A stretch of 64,000 nt of DNA from a bacterium (lineage in GTDB: Bacteria > UBA8248). The position numbers and the translations under genes were made by a program. The stretch is from positions 1,888,001-1,952,000 of the forward strand of contig OZ244799.1 in the NCBI GenBank assembly GCA_965219955.1. The letters run 5' to 3'. Shown one piece after another: positions 10,829 through 20,938 of this stretch. Under the pieces are notes generated by a model, which did not search any database, was not told the origin of the DNA, and saw nothing but the letters and a program-made list of their open reading frames with translations. How positions within the stretch are numbered: the first letter of the stretch is position 1; every line of letters begins with the position of its first letter.

Positions 10829-11764
10829 ATGACTACCACCGCAATTCACGAGTACGCAGAGCACGAAGCGCAGAACGAATGCTTTACCGCCATGGTCTGC
10901 GAACAGGCAGCACTCTTCGGCGCGACCCCCGGACCCGACGAGTTCGACAACCGGCCCGTGTGGGGCGAGGCGGAGTCCACCGCCGCCGTCCTCAAGGCTT
11001 TCCACCTGCTCGCCGAGGCTGCGCCCGACGGAACGCAACTCGCGGATGAGCGAAGAAACCTCCTGTGGGGCTTCGTCAACACCCTCGACGCCCAGACACA
11101 GCGCCTCGACCGCGCCGCCGACAAGCTCATCCCCGGCATCCGTGAACTCCAGCGCGAGCAGGACGGCTCCGAGATCAGATCGCGCGAGCTCGAACTCGCG
11201 ACCGACCAGGCGGAGAATCTCACCGCCCGCCGCGACGCCTTCGAAGGGCTCCGTGACGCCGCCTCAGAGGCCTACCGCGTCGAGACCGGCGAGGTATGGC
11301 GGCCCAGGAGAGGCTCGCACGTCTCGCAGACCGGCAAGCTGACCTCTGCGGTGATCGAGGCGCGCGACTTCCAGCGCGCGAAAAAGAACCGCGAGAACAC
11401 GGCGCACCTCCCGCAGGGAACCCTCGTCGCCGTCGCGGGCGGCAAGGAGGCGAGCGATGCGGGCAAAATCATCGCGCATCTCGACAAGGTCAAGGCCAAG
11501 TACGCCGATGTCGTCCTCGTCCACGGCGGCGGACCCGGCGCCGAGAAGGTCGCGGCAGGATGGGCCGAGCGGAACGGCGTCCACCAGATCGTCTGCAAGC
11601 CCGACTGGAACGCCCACGGCAGGGCCGCTCCCTTCAGGCGCAACGACGAGCTGCTCTCTCTTCTCCCCAAGGGCGTGATCGCGTTCCCCGGCTCGGGCAT
11701 CACCGACAACCTCGTCGACAAGGCGAAAACCCTCGGCATCCCCGTCCAAAAAATCGCCGCTTGA
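10829..11764 (+). CDS. DUF2493 (YspA/SLOG-like) domain protein
   Basis: C-terminal VAVAGG...LVHGGGPGAEKVAAGWA...KPDWNAHGRAAPFRRND...IAFPGSGIT...GIPV is typical of the plasmid/ICE DUF2493 family. Confidence 0.85.
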   Translation: MTTTAIHEYAEHEAQNECFTAMVCEQAALFGATPGPDEFDNRPVWGEAESTAAVLKAFHLLAEAAPDGTQLADERRNLLWGFVNTLDAQTQRLDRAADKLIPGIRELQREQDGSEIRSRELELATDQAENLTARRDAFEGLRDAASEAYRVETGEVWRPRRGSHVSQTGKLTSAVIEARDFQRAKKNRENTAHLPQGTLVAVAGGKEASDAGKIIAHLDKVKAKYADVVLVHGGGPGAEKVAAGWAERNGVHQIVCKPDWNAHGRAAPFRRNDELLSLLPKGVIAFPGSGITDNLVDKAKTLGIPVQKIAA

Positions 11765-11896
11765 CGTGAACGAGCAACGGGTCGCGTCGACAGACGGCGC
11801 GGCCCGTTTTCTCATCGCTTGTGAATCCAGGCGCAAGCATCAGCCCCTCCGTACAAAACTCCCTCCACTCACGACCGACTGCTCCCTGACGAGGGG

Positions 11897-12054
11897 GTAA
11901 CGTGTGAACCTCTCCCCGTTGCGTCAAGGTAACGCGTGAAACCGCAAATCGTTCGCCGGCGTCTTGCGGTGCGCGGCGTGTGAAAAACTCATCCGCTCCC
12001 TTGCGCCGCGCGCCTGCTTTTGTTACCCCTGTTCACGGGAAGAGGACACGGTAC
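11897..12054. promoter_or_regulatory. Second long branched stem-loop (Frpo-like)
   Basis: cctctccccgttgcgtcaaggtaac (11909-11933) pairs imperfectly with gttacccctgttcacgggaagagg (12022-12045). Internal hairpins accgcaa/ttgcggt and gcgcggcg/cgccgcgc. Confidence 0.5.
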
Positions 12055-12601
12055 GCGTCCCGAGGTCGCGCCCGGTCGTCTCGCTCAATCGCCGCGAAGG
12101 CTCCAATCCCTTGTGTCGTCGACATTTCAGGCCGATGACGCTTCGCCGATAAACGGTATCATCTGCCGCCCTTCGGCGCTTCGGATTTCACACCGGACGC
12201 AGCCTGCTGCGGGTGCAAACCAAGCGTGCGCCAGGCATGCAGTTCTTTTCTCAAACGACGACAAAGACCGCCTCCTTCATAGCGGAAAAAGTAATACCAA
12301 ATTGGTGGCCTCGTATCCATTTGAAATTCCTGCACTTGAAAGATAGCGCATGTCATATGAAATGCGGCGTAACACGGGGTAACACGGGGATTTCCCTGGC
12401 GTATGCTATTGGCATACACGTCAGGGATGCGCGCGAATATGATCCTTCCCGGCGAGTGTCGCAAATGCGTCGCAAGACAAGGATGCGCAGGGCCATGATC
12501 GAGCGTCGCATTCTGACCCTGAAATCCGGTGCGAGGGCGTTGTTTCGGCTTCAAATAACGCAGGCGAGAGGCGAAAACGTCTCACATGAACCACCTTTCA
12601 G

Positions 12602-14015
12602 GGTCAAGTCCGAGAATTGCTGGAAACTTTCTTTTGGCGCATATCGGCTGAGGGCCTGCGGTTGAGTTCGTTTTCCTCCTCGTAGTTCTGGTCCAGTTCC
12701 CGTCTGAGGGCTTCCATCTGGCGTCGTTCGAAGCCGGTAATCTTGAGCGCGCGCCACCTTTCGGCGGCCCGGATCATGGCGCTGAACATGAGCTTGAGCA
12801 CCGGTTTCTCGCCGAAGGCATTCGGGATGATCTTGAGCCTTCGGCGCTCCTCGACGAACAAACGCTCCAGCTGGTTCGTGGTGCGCACGGCCCGGCGATG
12901 GTTGACCGGCGCACGCAGGTGCGCGATACAGGCTTCGAAGTCGTCGCGGAAGCAAGCCACGGCGCTGGGTAGTTTGGACTCGTAGTCCCTGGCGAGTCCC
13001 TCGGCCAACTCCCGGGCGATGGCGCGCGAGGGGGCCTGGTAGGCCGCCGCGGCCCGCTCCCTGAACTCCGGCCAGAGGTCCTCGGGCGCCTTCGCCGCGA
13101 GGTTCCGCATGCGGTGCGCCAGACAGCGCTGCCGCTCCGAGCGCGGGAAGCACGTCTCGATCGCCTTGATGATGCCGGGCGCTCCGTCACTCACTACAAC
13201 CAGCGGGTCGCCCAGACCCCGGGCGCGCATGTCCTAGAAGAACGCGCTCACCGTCTCGGCGTCTTCTTTCGAACCCGCCATCAGGTGCAGCAGCACCTTG
13301 GCACCGTTCGCCGTGATTCCCCAGGCCGCCAGCACCGGCTCGCGCTTGCTCCCCGGGCGGAGCCGCTCGGCGATCCCGTCGATGAACAGATAGACGACCT
13401 CGTACTCGCCCAAATCCCGCAAAGCGAACTCCTGATATTCTGACCACAACCGTTCGCCGAGCTCGGAGACCGCCGTGCGAGAGAGCAGCAGACGGCCGCT
13501 CTCGTCGCTGAAGACGTCCTCGATGTCCCGCACCGAGAGACCGCGCGCCAGAAGCTCCACCGCCAACTCCTCGAGCCCCTCGGTGCGCCCCTTGAGGTTG
13601 TCTCTAATCGCCGAGCGGAACGCCTCCTCGCGCCCGGCAATCTGAGGCGCCGCGAACTCGACGAACCCTTCCGCCGTCTTGAGACGACCAGCACGGTGGC
13701 CGTTGCGGTAGCCTTGGCCGGGCTTCGCTCCGTGCTCGTAGTATTCCCGGCCCAGAGCGTCGCGGCTCTCCGCCTCCAGCGCCTCTTCCACGATGAGCCG
13801 CGTGGCGAGCTTCACCAGGTCGGCCCGCGCATCGGGACTCGACAGACGGCCTTCGATCAAGTCGGACAGGGATTGGCGTGTGTGCATCGATGCCTGTATT
13901 CTCTTCTTCATGGGGTGCCTCCTCGGTTTGGTGCCGGCGCTTACCGGCACGGTTTTGTGTTGCCTCTGCCGAGGATGCACCCCTCTGATTTTTCCAGCAA
14001 GTTTAGGACTTTACC
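12602..14015 (-). mobile_element. Complete IS256-family element, 1414 bp, with 9-bp target site duplication
   Basis: Inverted repeats ggtcaagtccgagaattgctggaaa and (reverse complement) ggtaaagtcctaaacttgctggaaa. Direct repeat ACCTTTCAG at 12593-12601 and 14016-14024. Confidence 0.95.
12604..13911 (-). pseudogene. IS256 transposase interrupted by an in-frame TAG
   Basis: ORFs 13234..13911 and 12604..13230 are in the same frame (...SAFF*DMRARG...). Motifs YRNG, YLFIDG, VSDG, QRCLAH, RTTNQLER. Confidence 0.9.
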
Positions 14016-14048
14016 ACCTTTCAGAAGCCGAAAAGAGGGAAAAACGAC

Positions 14049-14345
14049 ATGGGTAAAACCATCAACAAGCACATTCGAGTCGATGAAAACCACTGGCGAC
14101 GAATCGAAAAAGCAGCCCACGAGCGAGGGATAATACCTGTCCGGTTGGTGATTTCGGACACACTTGAAGTGAGCGAGAGACGGGAATGGCCCCGCATCGA
14201 AGCGGAAATCCACCTGTAGCCTCTGCCATGTTCTCCGCTCAAGTCATCATCCGCGACATAGAGAGGGACAGGCGATAGGAAGAAATCGAGCAAATCAGCA
14301 ACGCTATCTCTCAAATCGCGCCGGAACTGCCTCGAAATTCAGGGG
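14049..14345 (+). pseudogene. Degenerate ribbon-helix-helix-like small DNA-binding protein
   Basis: GAGGG SD. MGKTINKHIRVDENHWRRIEKAAHERGIIPVRLVISDTLEV has a beta-helix-helix pattern, followed by frameshifts and a stop. Confidence 0.45.
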
Positions 14346-14479
14346 AATCGAGCGGAGTTTTCACCGCGGTAAGGTTGTGGTCTCTCGGCAAATTGCTTTA
14401 CCGGAACACAAAAAGTGAACCGGCTAAGACTATCGTGGAGAGAAGCGAGAAGGCGGGCGCTCCGCAAGCCTCTGGCTTG

Positions 14480-14768
14480 GGGCCCCGGTCCATGTCGTAG
14501 TACCGCATGCCTGCCGAGAAGCCCCACGCCAGGCGGGGACTTCCGGTATGAGTTGGTCTGACAACAGACATCCCAAGGAGCGATAATCCGGTGGAACAAT
14601 CAAATAGAACTCTTGTGGTTTGGCAATCACGTTCCGCCCGGTCAACCTGCTCAAGGTGAGTTTAGCAGCGTCCGCGGACACGCCAGGCGCCTTGCGGGCA
14701 CCACTCGAAGCGAAGTGACAGCAATCGGCAGCGGCAAGACCATCGGTATAATCTTTGACGTCAAGCGG
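14480..14768 (-). pseudogene. AbiEi-family (type IV TA) antitoxin N-terminal remnant
   Basis: GVSADAAKLTLSRL...FYLIVPPDYRSLGCL resembles the AbiEi FYxIVPPEY motif. Degenerate and truncated. Confidence 0.6.
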
Positions 14769-14843
14769 CTCGACAAATCGAGCATTATCGTCTGTGTCGT
14801 CTGGAGAGCCGCCCAAGGAGAAGCCATACGCTCCGTGGTGGAT

Positions 14844-15263
14844 ATGGTTCTCGCCGGGAAGGACGTGCAAGAGCGCGGTACCCCTGCTCAAGCGAAGGAA
14901 ATGGCGGCTCAGGCGCTCGCTTTGTTCGACAGGGAAGGAGCGAAGGCGGGCTTTGCCCGCTTCAACGAGCGGCCTGCCCCTGATTTCAAGCACCTGGACC
15001 TCTACATTTTCGTGGCGAGGGCCAGGGATGCGGTCATCCTCGCACACGGTGCGGACCGCTCGCTCCTCGGCATCGACGCCGCCACGCTTGTTGACCCGAA
15101 GGGTCTCAACATCGGGCGCGCCATTCTCGCGAGGGCGACGGAAAACGGTGCATGGGTGGATTACGGGTGGAAAGACCCAGTCTCCGGCAAGGTGCTGCCA
15201 AAGTCCTCATGGGTGGTGCGCCACAAGGACTACATCCTCGGGTGCGGTGTCCACAAAACCTGA
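14844..15263 (+). CDS. Single Cache domain protein, probably 5'-truncated
   Basis: RGTPAQAKEM...DLYIFV...ILAHG...LVDPKG...GAWVDYGWKDPVSGKVLPKSSWV...ILGCG fits an sCache_2 pattern. No signal peptide; the start is uncertain. Confidence 0.7.
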   Translation: MVLAGKDVQERGTPAQAKEMAAQALALFDREGAKAGFARFNERPAPDFKHLDLYIFVARARDAVILAHGADRSLLGIDAATLVDPKGLNIGRAILARATENGAWVDYGWKDPVSGKVLPKSSWVVRHKDYILGCGVHKT

Positions 15264-15799
15264 ATCAATTCCTGCGTCTATTGCGAGGAGGACGCCGCAA
15301 CGACTTTTACGCTATGGATGCTTCTCAGGGCCGCATGAATGCGAGCCCTGAGGCGAGTATGGCTTTCCCGTCTTTCCCGCTGACCCCCACTTATCCGCTC
15401 TATACCTCTACGTTCACCTCCTCGGCAAGGCGCTTCGGGTAGTGCGTCTGCTGTGGGGGATACGCCTGAATACATCCTTATTCATCATTACCTCTCTCCA
15501 CCGAACGCATATATTCATTGTGCCTGCCCGCATGAGCGGGAAGCATCTGTAGAATCAAACGATCTCAAATAAAGTGAACCGTTTTCAGTCGTTTTTGCCT
15601 TGTGTCTCTAGTGAAATTCATCCGCAGGACCCGGCCGGTTCCGGGTACATCAAGCCATATCCAAGAGCCATAGTTTCTGGAAAAAAGTTGAGACAGCACC
15701 TTCGACGTGTTATTTTTCGGTTCGGCACAAAGCATATGCTGGAGGACCTATCTCTATTTTCTTTACGCCCGTGAGGGCCCACGAGGAAGGAGAATTGCG

Positions 15800-16825
15800 A
15801 TGAAAAAGCACCTGTTCACCGTACTTTGCGCGTTTGCCGCCGTAGTGGTAATCGCAAGCGCCGCGTTCGCCGCCAGCCCGACGCTGGAGACGGTCAAGAA
15901 GCGCGGCAACCTCATTTGCGGCGTCAACACCGGCCTCACGGGCTTCTCGGCCCCAGACGACAAGGGCGTCTGGAGAGGGTTCGACGTCGATTACTGCCGC
16001 GGCATCAGCGCCGCGATTTTCGGGGACCCCGACAAGGTGACCTACAAGCCGCTGACCGGCAAGACGCGCTTCCCGGCGCTCCAGTCCGGTGAGATCGACG
16101 TCCTCTCGCGCAACACGACCTGGACCTTCAAGCGCGACGTGAACCTGGGCTTCGAGTTCGTGGGCGTGCTGTACTACGACGGGCAGGGCTTCATCGCCCG
16201 CAAGTCCCTGAACGTCAAGAGCGCCAAGGAACTCGGCGGCGCTTCGATCTGCATCCAGACGGGCACGACGACCGAACTCAACCTGGCCGACTTCTTCCGC
16301 AGCAACAACATGAAGTTCAAATCGGTCGTCGTCGAGGACGCGGCCGAGGCGCGCCAGAACTACGCCGCCAACCGCTGCGACGCCTACACGACGGACCGCT
16401 CCGGCCTCGCCGCCCAGCGCTCCGTGCTCAAGAACCCGGCCGACCACGTGATTCTGCCTGAAATCATCTCCAAGGAGCCCCTCGGCCCCGTCGTTCGCCA
16501 CGGCGACAACGTGTGGGGCGACATCGCCCGCTGGGTGCGCAACGCGCTCATCGTGGCCGAGGAACTCGGCATCACTTCCAAGAACGTCGACGCCATGAAG
16601 AAATCGAGCAACCCCGAGATCAAGCGCATGCTCGGCCAGGAGGGCGACTTCGGCAGCATGCTCGGCCTCCCGAAGGACTGGGCCTACAACGTCATCAAGG
16701 GCGTGGGCAACTACTCGGAGATCTACGAGCGCCACATCGGCCCCAAGACGGCCATCGGCCTCGCGCGCGGCTACAACCAGCTCTGGACGAAGGGCGGCAT
16801 TCTCTACTCGCCTCCGTTCCGCTAG
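15800..16825 (+). CDS. aapJ: General L-amino acid ABC transporter substrate-binding protein
   Basis: Signal peptide; LICGVNTGLTGFS, RNTTWT, QTGTTTELNLAD, ISKEPLGP, GGILYSPPFR. Confidence 0.95.
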   Translation: MKKHLFTVLCAFAAVVVIASAAFAASPTLETVKKRGNLICGVNTGLTGFSAPDDKGVWRGFDVDYCRGISAAIFGDPDKVTYKPLTGKTRFPALQSGEIDVLSRNTTWTFKRDVNLGFEFVGVLYYDGQGFIARKSLNVKSAKELGGASICIQTGTTTELNLADFFRSNNMKFKSVVVEDAAEARQNYAANRCDAYTTDRSGLAAQRSVLKNPADHVILPEIISKEPLGPVVRHGDNVWGDIARWVRNALIVAEELGITSKNVDAMKKSSNPEIKRMLGQEGDFGSMLGLPKDWAYNVIKGVGNYSEIYERHIGPKTAIGLARGYNQLWTKGGILYSPPFR

Positions 16826-16850
16826 GCTGACTCGAGCAATGACGTGAACC

Positions 16851-16885
16851 CGCTCCGGCTCCGGGGGTTTCCCCGGGGCCGGGCG
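16851..16885 (+). promoter_or_regulatory. GC-rich intergenic hairpin after the substrate-binding gene (mRNA stabiliser or partial terminator)
   Basis: cgctccggctccgggg-gttt-ccccggggccgggcg, with no U-tract. Confidence 0.5.
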
Positions 16886-16941
16886 GCGCGTTCTCGAAGC
16901 GAAGTTACCGCGCAGGCGATGTCGCACCCCGGGGGCTCGAT

Positions 16942-18141
16942 ATGGCGGTAGACTCTCAAGCAAGCGGCGGACGGCAAAGCGCCGCCCGTTGGTGGTACGA
17001 CCCGAAATTCCGGTCGATCGCGTTCCAGGTCGCTTTTGTGCTGGCGCTCGTCGGCCTGGGCGTCTACCTCGTCCACAACACGCTCATCAACCTCGAAAAA
17101 CGCAACATCAAGACGGGATTCGATTTCCTCTTCAACCCGGCGGGCTTCGAGATTCCGCTCACGCTCATTCCCTACTCCGTCGAGGCGGGCTCGACCCACG
17201 GCGCCGTCTTCATCGTCGGACTGCTCAACACGTTCCTCATCTCGGCTCTTGGGATCGTGCTGGCGACGATTCTCGGCTTCATTCTCGGCGTGCTCAGGCT
17301 CTCGAACAACTGGCTGGTCTCGCGCCTGGTGGGGTTCTACATCGAGTCGGTGCGCAACGTGCCGCTGCTGCTGCAGTTCCTGTTCTGGCACTTCGCCGTC
17401 TTTCAATCGCTCCCCCTGGTCCGCCAGGCGATACCGATTTTCGATACGGTTTACATCCACAACCGCGGCCTCACGATTCCCAGGCCCATCCCGCAGCCGG
17501 GCTTCCTGGTGGTCGTGATATCGGTTTTCGTCGCTGTCGCGGCGATCGTCTGGCTCAAGAAATGGGCGCGCAGGCGCCAGGACGCGACCGGGGAGCAGTT
17601 CCCCGTCTTCTGGACGTCGCTGGGCATCTTCATCGGCGCGCCGCTGCTCGCCTCGGCCGCGGCCGGCTTTCCGCTCACCTGGGAATACGCGGAACTCGGC
17701 CGGTTCCGCTTCACGGGCGGCCTGGGAATCCAGATAGAGCTCTTCTCCGCCCTGGCCGCGCTCACGGTCTACACCTCATCGTTCATCGCCGAGATCGTGC
17801 GCGCGGGCATCCTCGCCGTCTCGAAGGGTCAGCAGGAGGCCTCCTATTCCCTGGGGGTGCGGCCGGCGCCGACGTTGAGGCTCGTCATCATCCCGCAGGC
17901 GCTCCGGGTCATCGTGCCGCCGCTGGTGAGCCAGTACCTGAACCTGACGAAAAACTCCTCGCTCGGCATCGCCATCGGCTACCCCGATCTGTTCAACGTC
18001 TTCGGCGGCATCTCGCTGAACCAGAGCGGCCAGGCCATCGAGATCGTCGCCATGTGCATGGTGGTGTATCTCACCTTCAGCCTGCTGATATCGCTCTACA
18101 TGAACTGGTACAACAGGCGCATATCGCTGGTGGAGAGGTGA
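16942..18141 (+). CDS. aapQ: Amino acid ABC transporter permease
   Basis: VGLLNT, RNVPLLLQ, AEIVRAGILAVSKGQ, YLNLTKNSSL. Confidence 0.93.
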   Translation: MAVDSQASGGRQSAARWWYDPKFRSIAFQVAFVLALVGLGVYLVHNTLINLEKRNIKTGFDFLFNPAGFEIPLTLIPYSVEAGSTHGAVFIVGLLNTFLISALGIVLATILGFILGVLRLSNNWLVSRLVGFYIESVRNVPLLLQFLFWHFAVFQSLPLVRQAIPIFDTVYIHNRGLTIPRPIPQPGFLVVVISVFVAVAAIVWLKKWARRRQDATGEQFPVFWTSLGIFIGAPLLASAAAGFPLTWEYAELGRFRFTGGLGIQIELFSALAALTVYTSSFIAEIVRAGILAVSKGQQEASYSLGVRPAPTLRLVIIPQALRVIVPPLVSQYLNLTKNSSLGIAIGYPDLFNVFGGISLNQSGQAIEIVAMCMVVYLTFSLLISLYMNWYNRRISLVER

Positions 18142-18145
18142 TGCC

Positions 18146-19276
18146 ATGAGCGATACCGCAAGCAATCCGGACAGGAGCTTCTTCCGCACGGAGAATGTCC
18201 CGCAGTCTCCGCCGCCCGTCTCGACGGTGGGCGTCCTGGGCTGGATGCGGCAGAACCTCTTCTCCTCGCCGTTCAACACGGCGCTCACGCTGCTGACGCT
18301 CTATCTCCTCTATACCATCGTGCCGCCGCTGTTCCAGTGGGCCTTCATCGACTCGCTCTGGATCGGGGAGTCGAACAAGGATTGCCGGGGCATCGAGGGC
18401 GCCTGCTGGGTCCTGGTGCCGAAACGCTTCGGGCAGTACGTCTACGGCTTCTATCCCGAGCCGGAGCGCTGGCGGGTGAACCTGACCTTCATCCTGTTCT
18501 GCCTGAACCTCTTGCCGGTGCTCTCCGACAGGGTGCCGGGCCGCACCTTCGCGGCGCTCTTCCTCGTCTTCGGTTTTCCCGTCATCGCCTTCATCCTGCT
18601 CCACGGCGCTTTCGGCCTGGAGAGCGTGCCGACGAACAAGTGGGGCGGCCTGACGCTCACGCTGGTGTTCGCCTCGGTCGCCATCCTGTTCTCCCTGCCG
18701 ATAGGCATTCTGCTGGCGCTCGGGCGGCGCTCCGAGATGCCCGTCATCCGCACGATCTGCGTCGCCTTCATCGAGTTGTGGCGCGCCGTGCCGCTCATCA
18801 CCGTGCTCTTCATGGCGTCTTTCGTGCTGCCGCTCTTCACACCGGAGGGGGTGAACGCGAACGAACTTCTGCGCGCGCTCATCGGCTTCACCATGTTCTC
18901 ATCCGCCTATATGGCCGAGGTCGTGCGCGGCGGTCTGCAGGCGCTGCCCAAGGGCCAGACCGAGGCGGCCCAGGCGCTGGGACTCAACTACTGGAAGTCG
19001 ATGCAGTTGATCATCCTGCCCCAGGCGCTCAAAATCGTGATCCCGGGCATCGTCAACACCTTTATCGCCCTGTTCAAGGATACGGCGCTGGTATCGATCA
19101 TCGGGCTGTTCGACTTGTTGCTCGTGGCACGCTCGGCGGTGACGGACCCCAAATGGCTGGGCCTGGAGCATGAGTCCTACATCTTCGCGGCCGTCATCTA
19201 TTTCGTCTTCTGTTTCAGCATGTCGCGCTACAGCCTGTGGTTAGAGCGCAAGCTCGACACGGGCCACGGAACCTGA
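18146..19276 (+). CDS. aapM: Amino acid ABC transporter permease
   Basis: [29 protein letters not shown]. Confidence 0.93.
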   Translation: MSDTASNPDRSFFRTENVPQSPPPVSTVGVLGWMRQNLFSSPFNTALTLLTLYLLYTIVPPLFQWAFIDSLWIGESNKDCRGIEGACWVLVPKRFGQYVYGFYPEPERWRVNLTFILFCLNLLPVLSDRVPGRTFAALFLVFGFPVIAFILLHGAFGLESVPTNKWGGLTLTLVFASVAILFSLPIGILLALGRRSEMPVIRTICVAFIELWRAVPLITVLFMASFVLPLFTPEGVNANELLRALIGFTMFSSAYMAEVVRGGLQALPKGQTEAAQALGLNYWKSMQLIILPQALKIVIPGIVNTFIALFKDTALVSIIGLFDLLLVARSAVTDPKWLGLEHESYIFAAVIYFVFCFSMSRYSLWLERKLDTGHGT

Positions 19277-19293
19277 GGAGGGAGAACGCACGC

Positions 19294-20034
19294 ATGAGTG
19301 AGCCGATTATCCGGATCGAGGGAATGAACAAGTGGTTCGGCGAGTTCCACGTCCTGCGCGACATCGACCTCACCGTCAACCGGGCCGAGCGCATCGTCAT
19401 CTGCGGGCCTTCGGGCTCGGGCAAATCGACGCTCATCCGCTGCATCAACCGCCTGGAGGAACACCAGAAGGGCACCATCGTGGTGGAGGGCATCGAACTC
19501 ACGGGGGACCTCAAGCAAATCGACAACGTGCGCCGGGAAGTCGGCATGGTGTTCCAGCAGTTCAACCTCTTTCCCCACCTGACGGTTCTGGAGAACTGCA
19601 CGCTCGCGCCCATCTGGGTGCGCAAGACGCCGAGGGCGGAGGCGGAAGAGCTCGCGATGGAGTATCTGACCCGCGTCAAGATTCCCGAGCAGGCCCTGAA
19701 ATACCCCGGCCAGCTATCGGGCGGCCAGCAGCAGCGCGTGGCGATTGCGCGCTCGCTCTGCATGCGTCCCAAGATCATGCTGTTCGACGAGCCGACCTCC
19801 GCGCTCGACCCCGAGATGATCAAGGAAGTGCTCGACGTGATGGTCGAACTCGCCGAGACCGAGATGACGATGCTCGTCGTGACGCACGAGATGGGTTTTG
19901 CGAGGCAGGTCGCCCACTGCGTCATCTTCATGGACGAGGGCCAGATCGTCGAGCGGAACGAACCCGAAGAATTCTTCAACAACCCCCAATCCGACCGCAC
20001 GAAACTCTTCCTGAGCCAGATACTGTCGCATTAG
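19294..20034 (+). CDS. aapP: Amino acid ABC transporter ATP-binding protein
   Basis: [39 protein letters not shown]. Confidence 0.95.
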   Translation: MSEPIIRIEGMNKWFGEFHVLRDIDLTVNRAERIVICGPSGSGKSTLIRCINRLEEHQKGTIVVEGIELTGDLKQIDNVRREVGMVFQQFNLFPHLTVLENCTLAPIWVRKTPRAEAEELAMEYLTRVKIPEQALKYPGQLSGGQQQRVAIARSLCMRPKIMLFDEPTSALDPEMIKEVLDVMVELAETEMTMLVVTHEMGFARQVAHCVIFMDEGQIVERNEPEEFFNNPQSDRTKLFLSQILSH

Positions 20035-20224
20035 AAGGGTGGGGTTACGTTTTATCTAGTGAATTTTACGCAAATGGTACTGAAGTATATTTATCGTGCA
20101 AGTCTTTCTTTCGCTAAATTTGGATATCCGAAGAGGATACCTATGAGGATCAACTCAACCTAATCCTTGAAACGACGCTTCAAGAAGCACCTGAAATAGT
20201 TGCTTTAAGAAAGCATTTTCCTCG

Positions 20225-20341
20225 ATGAAATTGTCTTTCCCGATTATGCCAGAGGAATTAAAGCTTCGTTACCACGAACTCGTGAAACAATGGCATCCAG
20301 ACCTGAACCCAAATGCTCCTCAAGCTGGGCCTATTCATTGA
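20225..20341 (+). pseudogene. J-domain (DnaJ-like) fragment
   Basis: EELKLRYHELVKQWHPDLNP carries helix II and the HPD motif, inside an AT-rich patch. Truncated. Confidence 0.55.
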
Positions 20342-20476
20342 TTTATTTGACAATAACCCACCGAAATGCCATATCTGGCGATAGATGATTCGAAGCTAAC
20401 GTTGCAAGGATACCGTAAGACTCGCCAATAATTACCGGGTGCGCCGTTTCGCGAGAGTGGAGCGAGGAGGATCGCC

Positions 20477-20771
20477 ATGAGCAAGCTGGAACCGGTTCAC
20501 CCGGGCGAAATTCTGAAACACGATTTTATGCAGCCCTTTCGCGCTGTCCTGCGCCGCTCTCGCCAAGGCGATTGGTGTATCACCGGCGCGGATCAGAGAA
20601 ATCGTTCGCGGGCGTCGGGGCATCACTGCCGAGACTGCACTGCGCTTGTCCCGTTATTTCAATACGGACGCTAGGAGCCGGATGAATCTTCAGGATCGTT
20701 ATGAACTCGAACTCGCGGCGCGGGCCAATGAAGACGCCTTGTGGGCTATCCACCCGCGTCAACAGGCGTGA
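20477..20771 (+). pseudogene. HigA-family antitoxin, frameshifted
   Basis: MSKLEPVHPGEILKHDFMQPF, then one extra base near 20540, then ALAKAIGVSPARIREIVRGRRGITAETALRLSRYF...MNLQDRYEL. No higB seen. Confidence 0.85.
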
Positions 20772-20938
20772 GGGCGAAGATTTTATCTTACCAGCGGGCT
20801 GATGAAAACCAGGTTCCGATTTGGCGATCCAGGCATAGTGAGTCAGGGAATTCAGTTGAGGGTATCGCTCAACGATTATACCGACAGCGGAACTTGGGTT
20901 TCAGCTTCAAATTCTCGAATCGCCGTACAGGAGGGAAA

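Noticed and set aside
13234-13236. Amber read-through (pyrrolysine) of the IS256 transposase
   Set aside because: No pyl genes or other supporting signal in the window; a simple nonsense mutation is more likely.
13941-14213. VFIDSNVLVD looks like a PIN-toxin start interrupted by IS256
   Set aside because: Rejoining the flanks gives a stop soon after and no further PIN motifs. The opposite strand RHH-like remnant has an SD and explains the region better.
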